This document shows, in pieces, positions 1 to 8,554 of a stretch of DNA of 26,553 bases. A program made the position numbers and the translations under genes. The notes beneath the pieces were generated by a model. It had not been told where the DNA came from and did no database searches. It saw only the letters and a list, made by a program, of their open reading frames with translations. The number at the start of each line of letters is the position of its first letter. The stretch's first letter is position 1. The stretch spans positions 1 through 26,553 of IMG/VR virus record IMGVR_UViG_3300043633_000107. One strand, written 5' to 3'. Source of the stretch: a virus. Its lineage: Duplodnaviria > Caudoviricetes.

Positions 1-32
1 TTTGCCGCCACTAAAATTTATTACTATTTGCA

Positions 33-251
33 TTACCTCTTTTTTCGGTTTGTTTTTATTATTCTTAATATCCCGTTCGCCAACGATTTCATGTCTTTTT
101 TCGGAAGTGAAAAAGAAAGTGTTCGAAGGTTTTTACCATCAATAACAACGTTTAGATAAGCGGGAAAATCAGGGTGCTTGTCTTTGTCCGCTATATATAT
201 GTTTGCGGATGAAAACTTGTTACCGGCTTTTAATAAAAATGCTGACTTCAT
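33..251 (-). CDS. Hypothetical phage protein
   Basis: 72-aa ORF coupled to upstream gene by a 1-nt stop/start overlap. Confidence 0.7.
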   Translation of the reverse strand: MKSAFLLKAGNKFSSANIYIADKDKHPDFPAYLNVVIDGKNLRTLSFSLPKKDMKSLANGILRIIKTNRKKR

Positions 252-457
252 TATTTTTTCTTTTTAGGTTGGTACCTGAACGGGTACTTATTATTATTTC
301 TTCTCAACTTCCGCCGTCTCTTTCCTTCGGTCTTTACATGCCAGCACTCACAGAACTCACACCAGTAATGCTGCATACTTTTCTTATGCTCTTTGGCCAT
401 TCCCTTTGCAGCTTCACGGGCACCGGCTTCTGTTGGATACGGTTCTTTATCACACAT
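251..457 (-). CDS. Small Zn-finger-like basic protein
   Basis: N-terminal C-x-K-x2-Y and YWCEFCECWH motif, basic tail; 1-nt overlaps on both sides. Confidence 0.75.
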   Translation of the reverse strand: MCDKEPYPTEAGAREAAKGMAKEHKKSMQHYWCEFCECWHVKTEGKRRRKLRRNNNKYPFRYQPKKKK

Positions 458-3117
458 TACGCCGGCTTTGTTATCACATCAAACAATGTCGGTATCTCAT
501 TGCTATACTCCGTTTCTCTCATGTACATGGCGCCACACTTTGCATACATATCATTCAATTCGTACAGTATCGCCCGTCTTCCCTTTTTAATAGCACGAAC
601 GCCTGTAGTACATAAACCAGCAAATGTGTCACGGATTAAATCATCGGGATTACTGTATAATTCAATGCATCTGTCAACCTGATCGAATGGCATCGGGCAA
701 ATGTGATTCTGTTGCTTACGCCGGCTTTGTTCCATATTAAGGCCCTGCATACGGTTTACATCATTCCAGATGTATCCGGTTAGTGATCGCAAGGGAAGAG
801 TTGTAAATGTTCGTGACAGTTTATTCTTATCATCGAGCATTTTTAATAGCTCAACATGCCCTTCATAATCGTAGATTGTTTCTTCATTGAACCTGTTCCA
901 CCATTTACGCAAATGTTTCATTGATAGCCCGGCCAGCTCTTCGGGCTGTAGGTAACGGTCGCCGGATGATCTCCAAAAGCTATCCGCATCAATCTGCCAA
1001 TGCGAAAGAGAGTAGTCGTCATCTTTTGTGATCAACTCTAAAGGCTGTAAAAACTGCTTACAATTACTGCAATAGCAAAGTATTGCGCCTTCCCGATAAA
1101 AATCTTTTTTAAAACTTTGGTGACCACAGAATGAACACACTGCTGTATTATGAGTAACCGGCACATCTGCATAAGCATTGGCATTCGATGTCGGAGGTTT
1201 TCTGAATATCCATATCTCTTCGGGTATTCCAGCTCCCATTTTTGTCATATCCTTACAGGCTTCTGTAAAACCCAATCTGTACGTTTGATTGTTTTCTGCC
1301 ACTACATCTGTTGGGATATAATGAAAGCCCATACACTGGTAGCCAGCCTCCTCCATAGCATCGCAAACCATGTGAGTGAAACGATGCATTACACTAAACC
1401 CTAATCCTGTTACCGATCCATAATGAATACGATTCTTTAAATGCACGGCACATATACGGCCCGGCTTTAGGGACCTTAACTTTTCAGGTAATAAATACAT
1501 CAGTTGCCGCTTAAAATCTTTGTTTGTTGCATTATGCCCAAAGTCGTTATAGCTGCAAGTGTATTCATAATGATTGCCGAAAGGATAAGAAGAAAGATCC
1601 ATGTCAATAGAATTATCCTCCGCAGATGCAACTTCCGGCACGCAATCAGCAGCGATAAGTGTAAAACATTTGCCTTTATAAACCTTTCGATCCGTTTTAA
1701 ACGTTCGCCTTCTTTCCTCTATCTGCCGGGTTTGATTCAGCCCATACTTTTTGATAATGCCGATCGTGATCTCCCGCATTTCATTATGCTCTTTCCATTT
1801 ACGCTGCAGGTTCAGCACGATATCATATTCTTCCGGGGTGTAAAGCATGTAAGCATCTACTTCATCAGAAGGATTGTAAAACCGAAGTATTCTTTTCAGG
1901 GCCTGGTAAATGTCATTGAATGAATCATTGATGCCAACGAATATGCAGCGGTGGCAGTGCTTTTGAAAGTTGCAGCCAACGCCGGCTATCTCAGGCTTCG
2001 TGGCGAGGTATTGTAAATTACCTTTGGTAAAATCAATGATCCGCTTTTCCCTTGTTTCCCATTTTTGACTACCAAACATTTCCCCATATGATGTGTGCCC
2101 TTTAAATGCAGCATTGAGGGCTTTCAGTTCATCATTCAAATGATGCCAGAAAATAAAATGATCATCAGGAAATTGCCCTGCTATCTCTACCGTCTTTTCT
2201 ACCCTTACATCAATACTTTCCCTTTTTATTTTTGCCGCCTCTGATAATCCGGACCGTGACTGAATAAACATCCTTCCCTGGCCGTCTTTTGTCATGCCAG
2301 CATCAATGTGTTTTTTGTTTTTAACTTCTATCCAATGCAGGTTCAGCTTTGGTAGTTCAAAGCCCGGGTAATCATAACCCAAATCTTTAGGATGTGTAAT
2401 AGCAATGCACCATGTAGAAACCCATAGCCAAAAATCAGCTTCATGCTGTGGATGAACAGTAAGTTCGCCTGCTTTGACAGAATTCCTTTGAAAAAAACGG
2501 GTAAGTATCTGGCCCCGATCGCAAATACCAAGCACGTGAGCATAATTGACCAGCTCCAAATGTTCGTTGGGCGATGGAGTTGCCGTTGCAACATATTTGT
2601 ATTTTACCTTATGGAGTTGCCGTTGCAACATATCAGTCGTTTCACTCGCCATGTTCTTAATGTAATTGCCTTCGTCAAGCCAGACTGCAGTGAAGGCGCC
2701 GAAATCAAACTCACCCATGCGAACCCTTTCATAATTGGTAACAACGATATCCGCATCGCTGGCCATCGCTTCTGCCTGGTTGGTTACATATTGCAGGTTT
2801 AATCCCAAACAAACACCTTCACCCACTTCAGGATCCTTGTCAACAAACGTATCAGCGGCACCGAGTTCAGTAACTATAAGGCTTTTGCCGCCGTACTTTT
2901 CCTGCAACACTCTCATTACTTCAACACCGATCCTCGTTTTGCCATAGCCGGCATCCGGGGCTACCAATGCTGCACCCCTTTCAAGGGACCATAATGCGAT
3001 ATCCTTTTGATCAGGTCGCAATGAATCATGCAATACCACACCGGTAATATCAATACCCGTTTTGGCTGCAACCTTTATTTTGGAGGTTAGAAATTCTGTA
3101 TAGTTATCTGTTAGCAC
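457..3117 (-). CDS. SNF2-type helicase fused to amino (N4C/N6A, beta-class) DNA methyltransferase
   Basis: Walker A-like DAGYGKT, LDEGN, motif III TATPSPN, helicase-C GCNFQ...QALKRILR; C-terminal SSYPF (motif IV variant), HICPMP, DTFAG (motif I), YELN. Confidence 0.9.
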   Translation of the reverse strand: MLTDNYTEFLTSKIKVAAKTGIDITGVVLHDSLRPDQKDIALWSLERGAALVAPDAGYGKTRIGVEVMRVLQEKYGGKSLIVTELGAADTFVDKDPEVGEGVCLGLNLQYVTNQAEAMASDADIVVTNYERVRMGEFDFGAFTAVWLDEGNYIKNMASETTDMLQRQLHKVKYKYVATATPSPNEHLELVNYAHVLGICDRGQILTRFFQRNSVKAGELTVHPQHEADFWLWVSTWCIAITHPKDLGYDYPGFELPKLNLHWIEVKNKKHIDAGMTKDGQGRMFIQSRSGLSEAAKIKRESIDVRVEKTVEIAGQFPDDHFIFWHHLNDELKALNAAFKGHTSYGEMFGSQKWETREKRIIDFTKGNLQYLATKPEIAGVGCNFQKHCHRCIFVGINDSFNDIYQALKRILRFYNPSDEVDAYMLYTPEEYDIVLNLQRKWKEHNEMREITIGIIKKYGLNQTRQIEERRRTFKTDRKVYKGKCFTLIAADCVPEVASAEDNSIDMDLSSYPFGNHYEYTCSYNDFGHNATNKDFKRQLMYLLPEKLRSLKPGRICAVHLKNRIHYGSVTGLGFSVMHRFTHMVCDAMEEAGYQCMGFHYIPTDVVAENNQTYRLGFTEACKDMTKMGAGIPEEIWIFRKPPTSNANAYADVPVTHNTAVCSFCGHQSFKKDFYREGAILCYCSNCKQFLQPLELITKDDDYSLSHWQIDADSFWRSSGDRYLQPEELAGLSMKHLRKWWNRFNEETIYDYEGHVELLKMLDDKNKLSRTFTTLPLRSLTGYIWNDVNRMQGLNMEQSRRKQQNHICPMPFDQVDRCIELYSNPDDLIRDTFAGLCTTGVRAIKKGRRAILYELNDMYAKCGAMYMRETEYSNEIPTLFDVITKPA
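2574..2633. repeat. Perfect 23-bp direct repeat (2574-2596 and 2611-2633) inside the helicase gene
   Basis: ATGGAGTTGCCGTTGCAACATAT occurs twice, 37 bp apart. Confidence 0.95.
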
Positions 3118-3322
3118 TTTTCTTCTGTTGGCTCTTTTTTATTTCGTCTTTTATCACATCCAGATTCTTTTCGATATATGATTTCAAAGGATCCCGCAGG
3201 TTGTCAGCATTCTCCCATAACCACATCAGGTAATAGGCTGGCACATTTGCCATCTTCTTGCCCTTATGCTTTCCAAAAGGCATCAGGCTATCATCGGTCA
3301 TTGGTATAGGTAACTGCGCCAT
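3104..3322 (-). CDS. DUF3820/QSregVF_b-like small protein (MPFGKHKG motif)
   Basis: MPFGKHKGKKMANVPAYYLMWL; start moved to ATG 3322, which overlaps the upstream TAA. Confidence 0.8.
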   Translation of the reverse strand: MAQLPIPMTDDSLMPFGKHKGKKMANVPAYYLMWLWENADNLRDPLKSYIEKNLDVIKDEIKKSQQKKSANR

Positions 3323-4143
3323 TACACTGCAATTTTTAATTCCGGCATTTCTCTTACTCTTAAAATCATCGGCCAATGCATCATGTCGCCGCCTTTGCTA
3401 TCATCCTGGTATAATTTTTTCCCATTCATCATTGGTTTTGAACCCAACTGCTTTACAAATGGTTTTATTCCATGCAGCCGGCACATCTCAATGTTCTTAA
3501 ACATATCATCCAGATCACAAGGCTCTGCCAATGGACCGCTTTCACCACCAAATACGATCCACTTGTATTTATTTATTTCGGGGATGTTGTAATCAGTCTT
3601 TCCCCATTGCGGTTCAGCACTTATCCATAATGGACCGCCGCCATTTATTTCAATCAATTGCTTTGCCCGGAATACTGTTTTTTGGCTGGTAACAGATGTG
3701 CCAGGCCATATATTTGTAGGTAATGGATACCGCTTTGAAAATTCAACGAACCGTTGCGGCCATTTGGTGAGTACTAAAAACTGGTGTGGACTGCTGGCTA
3801 ACTGTGGTAACACTTCTGCAAACCAATCATCAGGCATTCCACTGCTGAAAGTATCGCCCATGTCATTCAGGAAGATTAACCGGGGAAAACCATTCAGCCA
3901 CGGTTTATAGGGTCTGTCCTTTCCTGTCAGATCGCTCCACTTTAATATTTTGGGCAATCGTTCCAGAAATAATTTTGGTGTATCAAATGCCACCGGCCAG
4001 CCTTTTAGTCCTTTATACCTGCGGGTGAGAATTTCTGCATAGCATGTAGGAACTTCTTTTCCTTTCACCAGTTCACAACCTTCACAACCCATTTGGATGT
4101 TGCCAGTACTGTCGCACCATTGTATGTTTGTTTTTTCAGGCAT
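3322..4143 (-). CDS. Phage Gp37/Gp68 (DUF5131) radical-SAM-like protein
   Basis: TNIQWCD..., CYAE, FLNDMGDTF, LTKWPQR, WISAEP, WIVFGGESG, PFVKQLG; start moved to ATG 4143. Confidence 0.88.
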   Translation of the reverse strand: MPEKTNIQWCDSTGNIQMGCEGCELVKGKEVPTCYAEILTRRYKGLKGWPVAFDTPKLFLERLPKILKWSDLTGKDRPYKPWLNGFPRLIFLNDMGDTFSSGMPDDWFAEVLPQLASSPHQFLVLTKWPQRFVEFSKRYPLPTNIWPGTSVTSQKTVFRAKQLIEINGGGPLWISAEPQWGKTDYNIPEINKYKWIVFGGESGPLAEPCDLDDMFKNIEMCRLHGIKPFVKQLGSKPMMNGKKLYQDDSKGGDMMHWPMILRVREMPELKIAV

Positions 4144-4345
4144 AAGTTTTTGCTTCCTTTTTTCCTGCACTCATCGCAGCTTTCCATGAAGTATAGTCGT
4201 ATCCAGATTCCTTTTTCACAGTTCTAAAATCCTCTTCTATGCCATCAAATATGATAAAGCAGTAATAACAGGCTTGTTTGGTTCTTACCATTACCAGTCT
4301 ATTATTGACTATCTCTTTTGCTCTTAATATCCGTGTCCAACTCAT
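4136..4345 (-). CDS. Hypothetical phage protein
   Basis: 69-aa ORF overlapping both neighbours in operon fashion. Confidence 0.6.
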   Translation of the reverse strand: MSWTRILRAKEIVNNRLVMVRTKQACYYCFIIFDGIEEDFRTVKKESGYDYTSWKAAMSAGKKEAKTYA

Positions 4346-4713
4346 ACAGATAATCTGCTTTCTTTATGCCCGTTATCAATAGCCCATTGGTGATGTACTT
4401 CTACATAGTGATTGCAAGGGTTACATGCCGGCTCCCAGGTGGATTTATCCAGCAGGTATTTACCTCTGCCCCTTTTGTGATGTACACCTTGTGTCCGATG
4501 TGTGCAATGCGGGCTGTTGATTGCACAAACCGGGTTATCCTCTCTAAACTTTCTTGCTTCTAAATCATAAACCTTATTCTCTTCCTTCCTTTTGCTACTA
4601 TATGGCGCAATTGGTTTCTGCTTTTTATCAGTTCTCAGGTATTGATGCCTTTTACAGTAACCCATACCCCATACCAGTTGATCACATTCTTCTACACTGC
4701 ATTTCTTAGGCAT
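4342..4713 (-). CDS. HNH-like endonuclease with N-terminal Cys/His Zn motif
   Basis: C-x4-C...CKRH N-terminus; CAINSPHC...VHHKRGR...ACNPCNHYVEVH. Confidence 0.75.
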   Translation of the reverse strand: MPKKCSVEECDQLVWGMGYCKRHQYLRTDKKQKPIAPYSSKRKEENKVYDLEARKFREDNPVCAINSPHCTHRTQGVHHKRGRGKYLLDKSTWEPACNPCNHYVEVHHQWAIDNGHKESRLSV

Positions 4714-4909
4714 TTATTTCGCTTAAACTTTTGAACTTTGTTTTTCTCAATAACCTGGCCAGCACAATCACTTTCACGCCACCAAAACTCACAAGCATAT
4801 TCCCGTTCTTTCCACGAATACATTTACCATCCGGCCTTCTAACTGCAACACATGGCTTTCCTTTTAAGTCAGGATCAGTAAACCGATCACCGAGATAGAT
4901 ATAAGCCAT
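4706..4909 (-). CDS. Hypothetical phage protein
   Basis: 67-aa ORF in operon, overlaps downstream gene. Confidence 0.7.
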   Translation of the reverse strand: MAYIYLGDRFTDPDLKGKPCVAVRRPDGKCIRGKNGNMLVSFGGVKVIVLARLLRKTKFKSLSEINA

Positions 4910-4970
4910 GATTAAACAATTGATCTCGCCAAATGACCCGCATTAAATAAGCTGGCAGAGATGCATTACA

Positions 4971-6209
4971 TCATTTGGTTTTGGTTGCTTTAGCATTTTT
5001 TATTTTGATGCCAGTTATTTGCTCGAATTTCTTTGCATCGAAATTGGGCAGGGTTAAAAAAACTTTTTGATTAGCATCGGTGAAATTGTGCCATGCATTC
5101 GCCCAGGCTTCTTTCATGGGAATAGTTTTCAGATATCCTTCTGTTGTTTCCCACTTAGGATGATCTTTCTTTTCCTGTTCTGACATTGCACTTTCCGGTA
5201 TCCATAATGTAGTATCAATGGCATTCATCAACTCTACTGCTTTATGTTTTTCCCAATCCCGTACAGTAATTTTTGTAGGTAGGTCAAATAACCAAACCAT
5301 AGGATTATTGTCGGTACAGAAAGCGCCGCTGTTCCTGTAGCCGCTGTTACTGTCGCCGCTGTTCCTGTCGCCGCTGTTCAAGTTGCCGCTGTTCCTGTCG
5401 CCGCTGTTCAAGTTGCCGCTGTTACTGTCGCCGCTGTTCCTGTCGCCGCTGTTACTGTAGCCGCTGTTACTGTAGCCGCTGTTACTGTCGCCGCTGTTCA
5501 AGTTGCCGCTGTTCCTGTTGCCGCTGTTACTGTAGCCGCTGTTCCTGTAGCCGCTGTTCCTGTCGCCGCTGTTCAAGTTGCCGCTGTTACTGTCGCCGCT
5601 GTTCCTGTCGCCGCTGTTCAAGTTGCCGCTGTTACTGTCGCCGCTGTTCCTGTAGCCGCTGTTACTGTCGCCGCTGTTCAAGTTGCCGCTGTTACTGTAG
5701 CCGCTGTTCCTGTCGCCGCTGTTCCTGTCGCCGCTGTTACTGTAGCCGCTGTTCAAGTTGCCGCTGTTACTGTCGCCGCTGTTCCTGTAGCCGCTGTTAC
5801 TGTAGCCGCTGTTCAAGTTGCCGCTGTTCAAGTTGCCGCTGTTCCTGTCGCCGCTGTTCCTGTCGCCGCTGTTCCTTAAACCAGTATTATCACTACCAGT
5901 ATTCACAACTACTAATACTTCTTGCCATGTCAGTTCACGGAGAAACTTTATATGCGAACAAACAGTTTTGTTACCTTCTGTAATTACAGTACCATATCCA
6001 TCTACTTCAAAAACCCTGTTCTCTTTATTGAATGAATAATATTCGAAACAATCTGCAGCATTAATGCAGAAATGAAATCCGGAAACACAATGTTTAATAG
6101 CGCCTCCATGCACGAACTCTTTGTTTAGTTCATATTGATGGCCTTTACATTGCATATTACTATCGGTTACCTTGTAACCTCGCAGTTGGTTTGTGGTTTG
6201 ATCTGACAT
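4971..6209 (-). CDS. Phage pentapeptide-repeat (NSGxx) protein
   Basis: N-terminal GYK...C..GFHFC domain, 37 NSGxx units, C-terminal W...GYLK...W...LPNFD..F..ITGI domain typical of this phage family. Confidence 0.9.
   Translation of the reverse strand: MSDQTTNQLRGYKVTDSNMQCKGHQYELNKEFVHGGAIKHCVSGFHFCINAADCFEYYSFNKENRVFEVDGYGTVITEGNKTVCSHIKFLRELTWQEVLVVVNTGSDNTGLRNSGDRNSGDRNSGNLNSGNLNSGYSNSGYRNSGDSNSGNLNSGYSNSGDRNSGDRNSGYSNSGNLNSGDSNSGYRNSGDSNSGNLNSGDRNSGDSNSGNLNSGDRNSGYRNSGYSNSGNRNSGNLNSGDSNSGYSNSGYSNSGDRNSGDSNSGNLNSGDRNSGNLNSGDRNSGDSNSGYRNSGAFCTDNNPMVWLFDLPTKITVRDWEKHKAVELMNAIDTTLWIPESAMSEQEKKDHPKWETTEGYLKTIPMKEAWANAWHNFTDANQKVFLTLPNFDAKKFEQITGIKIKNAKATKTK
5325..5873 (-). repeat. 15-bp tandem array, 37 units (AACAGCGGC + variable hexamer)
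   Basis: GCCGCTGTT recurs every 15 bp on the + strand. Confidence 0.98.
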
Positions 6210-6218
6210 GATGGTTGA

Positions 6219-6614
6219 TTAATTAGTAGTAAATTCCTTTGGAAGAATAATGTTGTTTGGTTTTTGTATATGTACTTGGAAGAATAGATCCTGCATTTCT
6301 GCCATTGGGAATCCGGCTATTCCAGTACCTATTTTGGTGACATAAAAAGTTAATTCAGGTCGCAGCCTGGCAAACTCATATAATGCCTCTACCTGCAGTT
6401 GAACAAAATGGAGGGAAACGGGCTGATCGGTGAAAGATGTGGTAATGATCCCATACGATTGGCCGCACAATCCAATTGGAGCAATCCCATTTAATGTCCC
6501 GAACTTTTCAGCCGCTATCATGGCGGCACCGCCGGCATGTTTTGCAAATTGGTTTGTGCCAAAAACAAATACTTCGTTGTCTTTAAGTGATTGAATGCTC
6601 TCGGGCGTGTACAT
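6219..6614 (-). CDS. Macrodomain-like phage protein (A1S_2505-type)
   Basis: VFVFGTN...HAGGAA...GQSYGI...FYVTKIGTGIAG; start moved to ATG 6614, just after the upstream stop. Confidence 0.75.
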   Translation of the reverse strand: MYTPESIQSLKDNEVFVFGTNQFAKHAGGAAMIAAEKFGTLNGIAPIGLCGQSYGIITTSFTDQPVSLHFVQLQVEALYEFARLRPELTFYVTKIGTGIAGFPMAEMQDLFFQVHIQKPNNIILPKEFTTN

Positions 6615-6615
6615 C

Positions 6616-6918
6616 TTATGCTGCTTTTTTTCTTGAATAAGGGCTCTGGCGCCACCGCTTTCTTTTCTGCCTCTGATTAAATCGCATCGGGTGACCATGA
6701 TCATAATATGCCGCCACCCTCACAAGTACAGCCTGTGTCTTTGCTGTAACCATATCACCGTTCTTATCCTGGTGTCGGCGAAATGTTTCACCCTTTGTTT
6801 TTGCTACCATCTTTTTCAACCTGTTTTCACGAACCCGATTGAAAAAGTTTTTTTCTCTTAGTTTTTTTCTCTTACGCTTGCCCCTCGCATGGCATACTCT
6901 GGTTTTTGGCATCTTCAT
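6616..6918 (-). CDS. Highly basic Arg/Lys-rich protein
   Basis: RGKRKRKKLREK and NQRQKRKRWRQ; fills the operon gap exactly. Confidence 0.65.
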   Translation of the reverse strand: MKMPKTRVCHARGKRKRKKLREKNFFNRVRENRLKKMVAKTKGETFRRHQDKNGDMVTAKTQAVLVRVAAYYDHGHPMRFNQRQKRKRWRQSPYSRKKAA

Positions 6919-6926
6919 TTATTTTT

Positions 6927-7283
6927 TTACATTTTTCTGATCACCCTGAATTCAAAATAATCTTCATAAGCAGGGTTGTTTTTTACAAACTGCCGGCTAT
7001 AATAAGCCGTGTAATTATTATTGATCTTAAAACCATCATCATCCTTTACACCACCGATGCTTATCTCCCAACGGATCCTTTCCAGTATCATCTTTGCTCC
7101 CAACTTTGTGTGACCCGCAGCTATTAACTGAAAGGCAAATTTTTCAAACAACAAATACACCTGCGGACACTTTGTATTGAAATGCAGGAAGTCAACATAA
7201 TTGGACCGTCCCATTACAAACAACTCAGTCTGCATAACCGGCATCAATGACGAAGTATTTTTTATGGCGGTAGCTACACTCAT
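6927..7283 (-). CDS. Conserved-looking phage hypothetical protein
   Basis: ILERIRWE...FKINNNYTAYYSR motif; ATGA overlap with upstream gene. Confidence 0.8.
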   Translation of the reverse strand: MSVATAIKNTSSLMPVMQTELFVMGRSNYVDFLHFNTKCPQVYLLFEKFAFQLIAAGHTKLGAKMILERIRWEISIGGVKDDDGFKINNNYTAYYSRQFVKNNPAYEDYFEFRVIRKM

Positions 7284-7849
7284 GCACTTATGGCGACCGG
7301 GATTTTTACGAACTTTTTAAAATAAGTAAGCCAGTAATCTGCTGCACTTTCATCATCTACCATATCCAGCCCCACATGCCGCAATACTTTGTTTTCCCAT
7401 TCCCACTCCAATGCCAGGCGATCAATCTCTTTCACCTTTGGGCAGTCCATCGGATTAATGCTGATTCCAAACCTTGTGTTAATAGCAGCCTGCACTATTC
7501 TCTTTGTAACATTCACGGCACTTAATACGCCCGGATACATATCATTCATAGCTTCCACCATCGGTGTACACCAATCCCCCAGGTACGCTTCGTGTGCATC
7601 ATGCATCAACAATCGGAAGTGAAGGGCTTTATCATCAGGGTATAGTTCCTGCCCTTTCAGCATACACCAAACACTATGCTCAGCAACGCTGTAAAATTCC
7701 TTTGTGTGATTTCCGAATCGACATTCACGGGCAAGGCCGTAGGCTATATCAATTGGAAAAACCTGTACTGCATCCATCCTGGCAATGTTGATATACTCAC
7801 CGATGTATGTTCTTATGCAATAAGGGGTGTAAAGTTTTTCGGTCTGCAT
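7280..7849 (-). CDS. HD-domain phosphohydrolase (YfdR/YfbR-like deoxynucleotidase)
   Basis: RFGNH...YSVAEHS, LMHDAHEAYLGD, distal D in KEIDR. Confidence 0.88.
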   Translation of the reverse strand: MQTEKLYTPYCIRTYIGEYINIARMDAVQVFPIDIAYGLARECRFGNHTKEFYSVAEHSVWCMLKGQELYPDDKALHFRLLMHDAHEAYLGDWCTPMVEAMNDMYPGVLSAVNVTKRIVQAAINTRFGISINPMDCPKVKEIDRLALEWEWENKVLRHVGLDMVDDESAADYWLTYFKKFVKIPVAISA

Positions 7850-7865
7850 TGGGAAAAATAGATTT

Positions 7866-8051
7866 TCAAATTATTATTATCATCGGTTCTTTAGCTACCA
7901 GTTTCTCCATGATCTTCTGGTATGATCCTCCGTCACCATATCTTTCCTTGAAACAGTCAACCAGCTTACGGGCGCAGTCTAAATGAAATCCATTCTGACA
8001 ACTGTCAATTATTTTTATTACCCATTCTGCTGATTCATCAGGTGTGTTCAT
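7866..8051 (-). CDS. Hypothetical phage protein
   Basis: 61-aa ORF, WVIKIIDSC motif, first gene after the non-coding island. Confidence 0.7.
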   Translation of the reverse strand: MNTPDESAEWVIKIIDSCQNGFHLDCARKLVDCFKERYGDGGSYQKIMEKLVAKEPMIIII

Positions 8052-8136
8052 AAACAGGTTTGATTAATGAAAGGAGAAAGTTGGCTGTGTTCACGTTGCC
8101 TCCTTTTGTTTATAGTTAAAAAATAAAAGACTGTTT

Positions 8137-8172
8137 AAAAAAACGGGGCAGCTTCGTATTACCACTGCCCCG
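8137..8172 (-). terminator. Intrinsic terminator
   Basis: 8-bp stem CGGGGCAG/CTGCCCCG followed by T7 on the minus strand. Confidence 0.8.
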
Positions 8173-8550
8173 CCATTTGCTTCGATGGCCTTCGCCGTTT
8201 AGCGCATTAACTCCCTCCCGTGTCTGTCGGGTTTCCAAGCTTGCTTTCCAGACTGTTCCAGGTTACAGTGCCTGACCTGTAGGCTGCACATAAGCTGTAC
8301 CATCATTCTGTCATGTTGGTTGGGAATTACTTCACAACCTTTTGATTGTTGGGATTACGGTTGCAGGCTTTCGGTTCTGTATGAGAAGGAATCGGGTTGC
8401 TCAACGAGGACTTGGCCCGATATTCATCATCCGCCCGTACGTCACCTGCAATATTTTTCAAAGAACTTTTATTCCTTTCGGGCCACTGATTTCCCCGTGG
8501 CCGGTAATCCTGATGTATAGTTCAGGCACTTCACCTACTGTCCAATAAGT
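8173..8550 (-). ncRNA. Candidate structured non-coding RNA(s) downstream of the tRNA
   Basis: No credible minus-strand ORF; serial stems CCTGA/TCAGG, GGCCAC/GTGGCC, TTGCAGG/CCTGCAA enclosing ATCGGG/CCCGAT, CAGGT/ACCTG, GTCTG/CAGAC, GCCAT/ATGGC. Confidence 0.4.
8457..8469 (-). promoter_or_regulatory. boxA-like antitermination site AAAGTTCTTTGAA (second copy AAAGTTCTTT at 8691-8700)
   Basis: Matches rrn boxA-type GTTCTTTGAA; a 10-nt identical copy lies just 3' of the 8705-8735 terminator. Confidence 0.5.
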
Positions 8551-8554
8551 GTTG

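Noticed and set aside
5325-5873. CRISPR array or DGR variable region
   Set aside because: Period is 15 bp with no unique spacers and it is in-frame coding; variation is not adenine-specific (NSG AAC codons never vary); no cas or reverse transcriptase in the window
6961-6985. Third copy of the TTCATAAGCAG motif
   Set aside because: Lies antisense within a CDS and has no following hairpin; probably chance
7280-7849. DatZ of a Z-genome (2-aminoadenine) pathway
   Set aside because: No purZ, mazZ or dedicated polymerase in the window; a generic phage HD hydrolase is the simpler call
8360-8452. Hammerhead ribozyme
   Set aside because: Has ATGATGA and CGAAA but lacks the CUGANGA core and a properly placed NUH site
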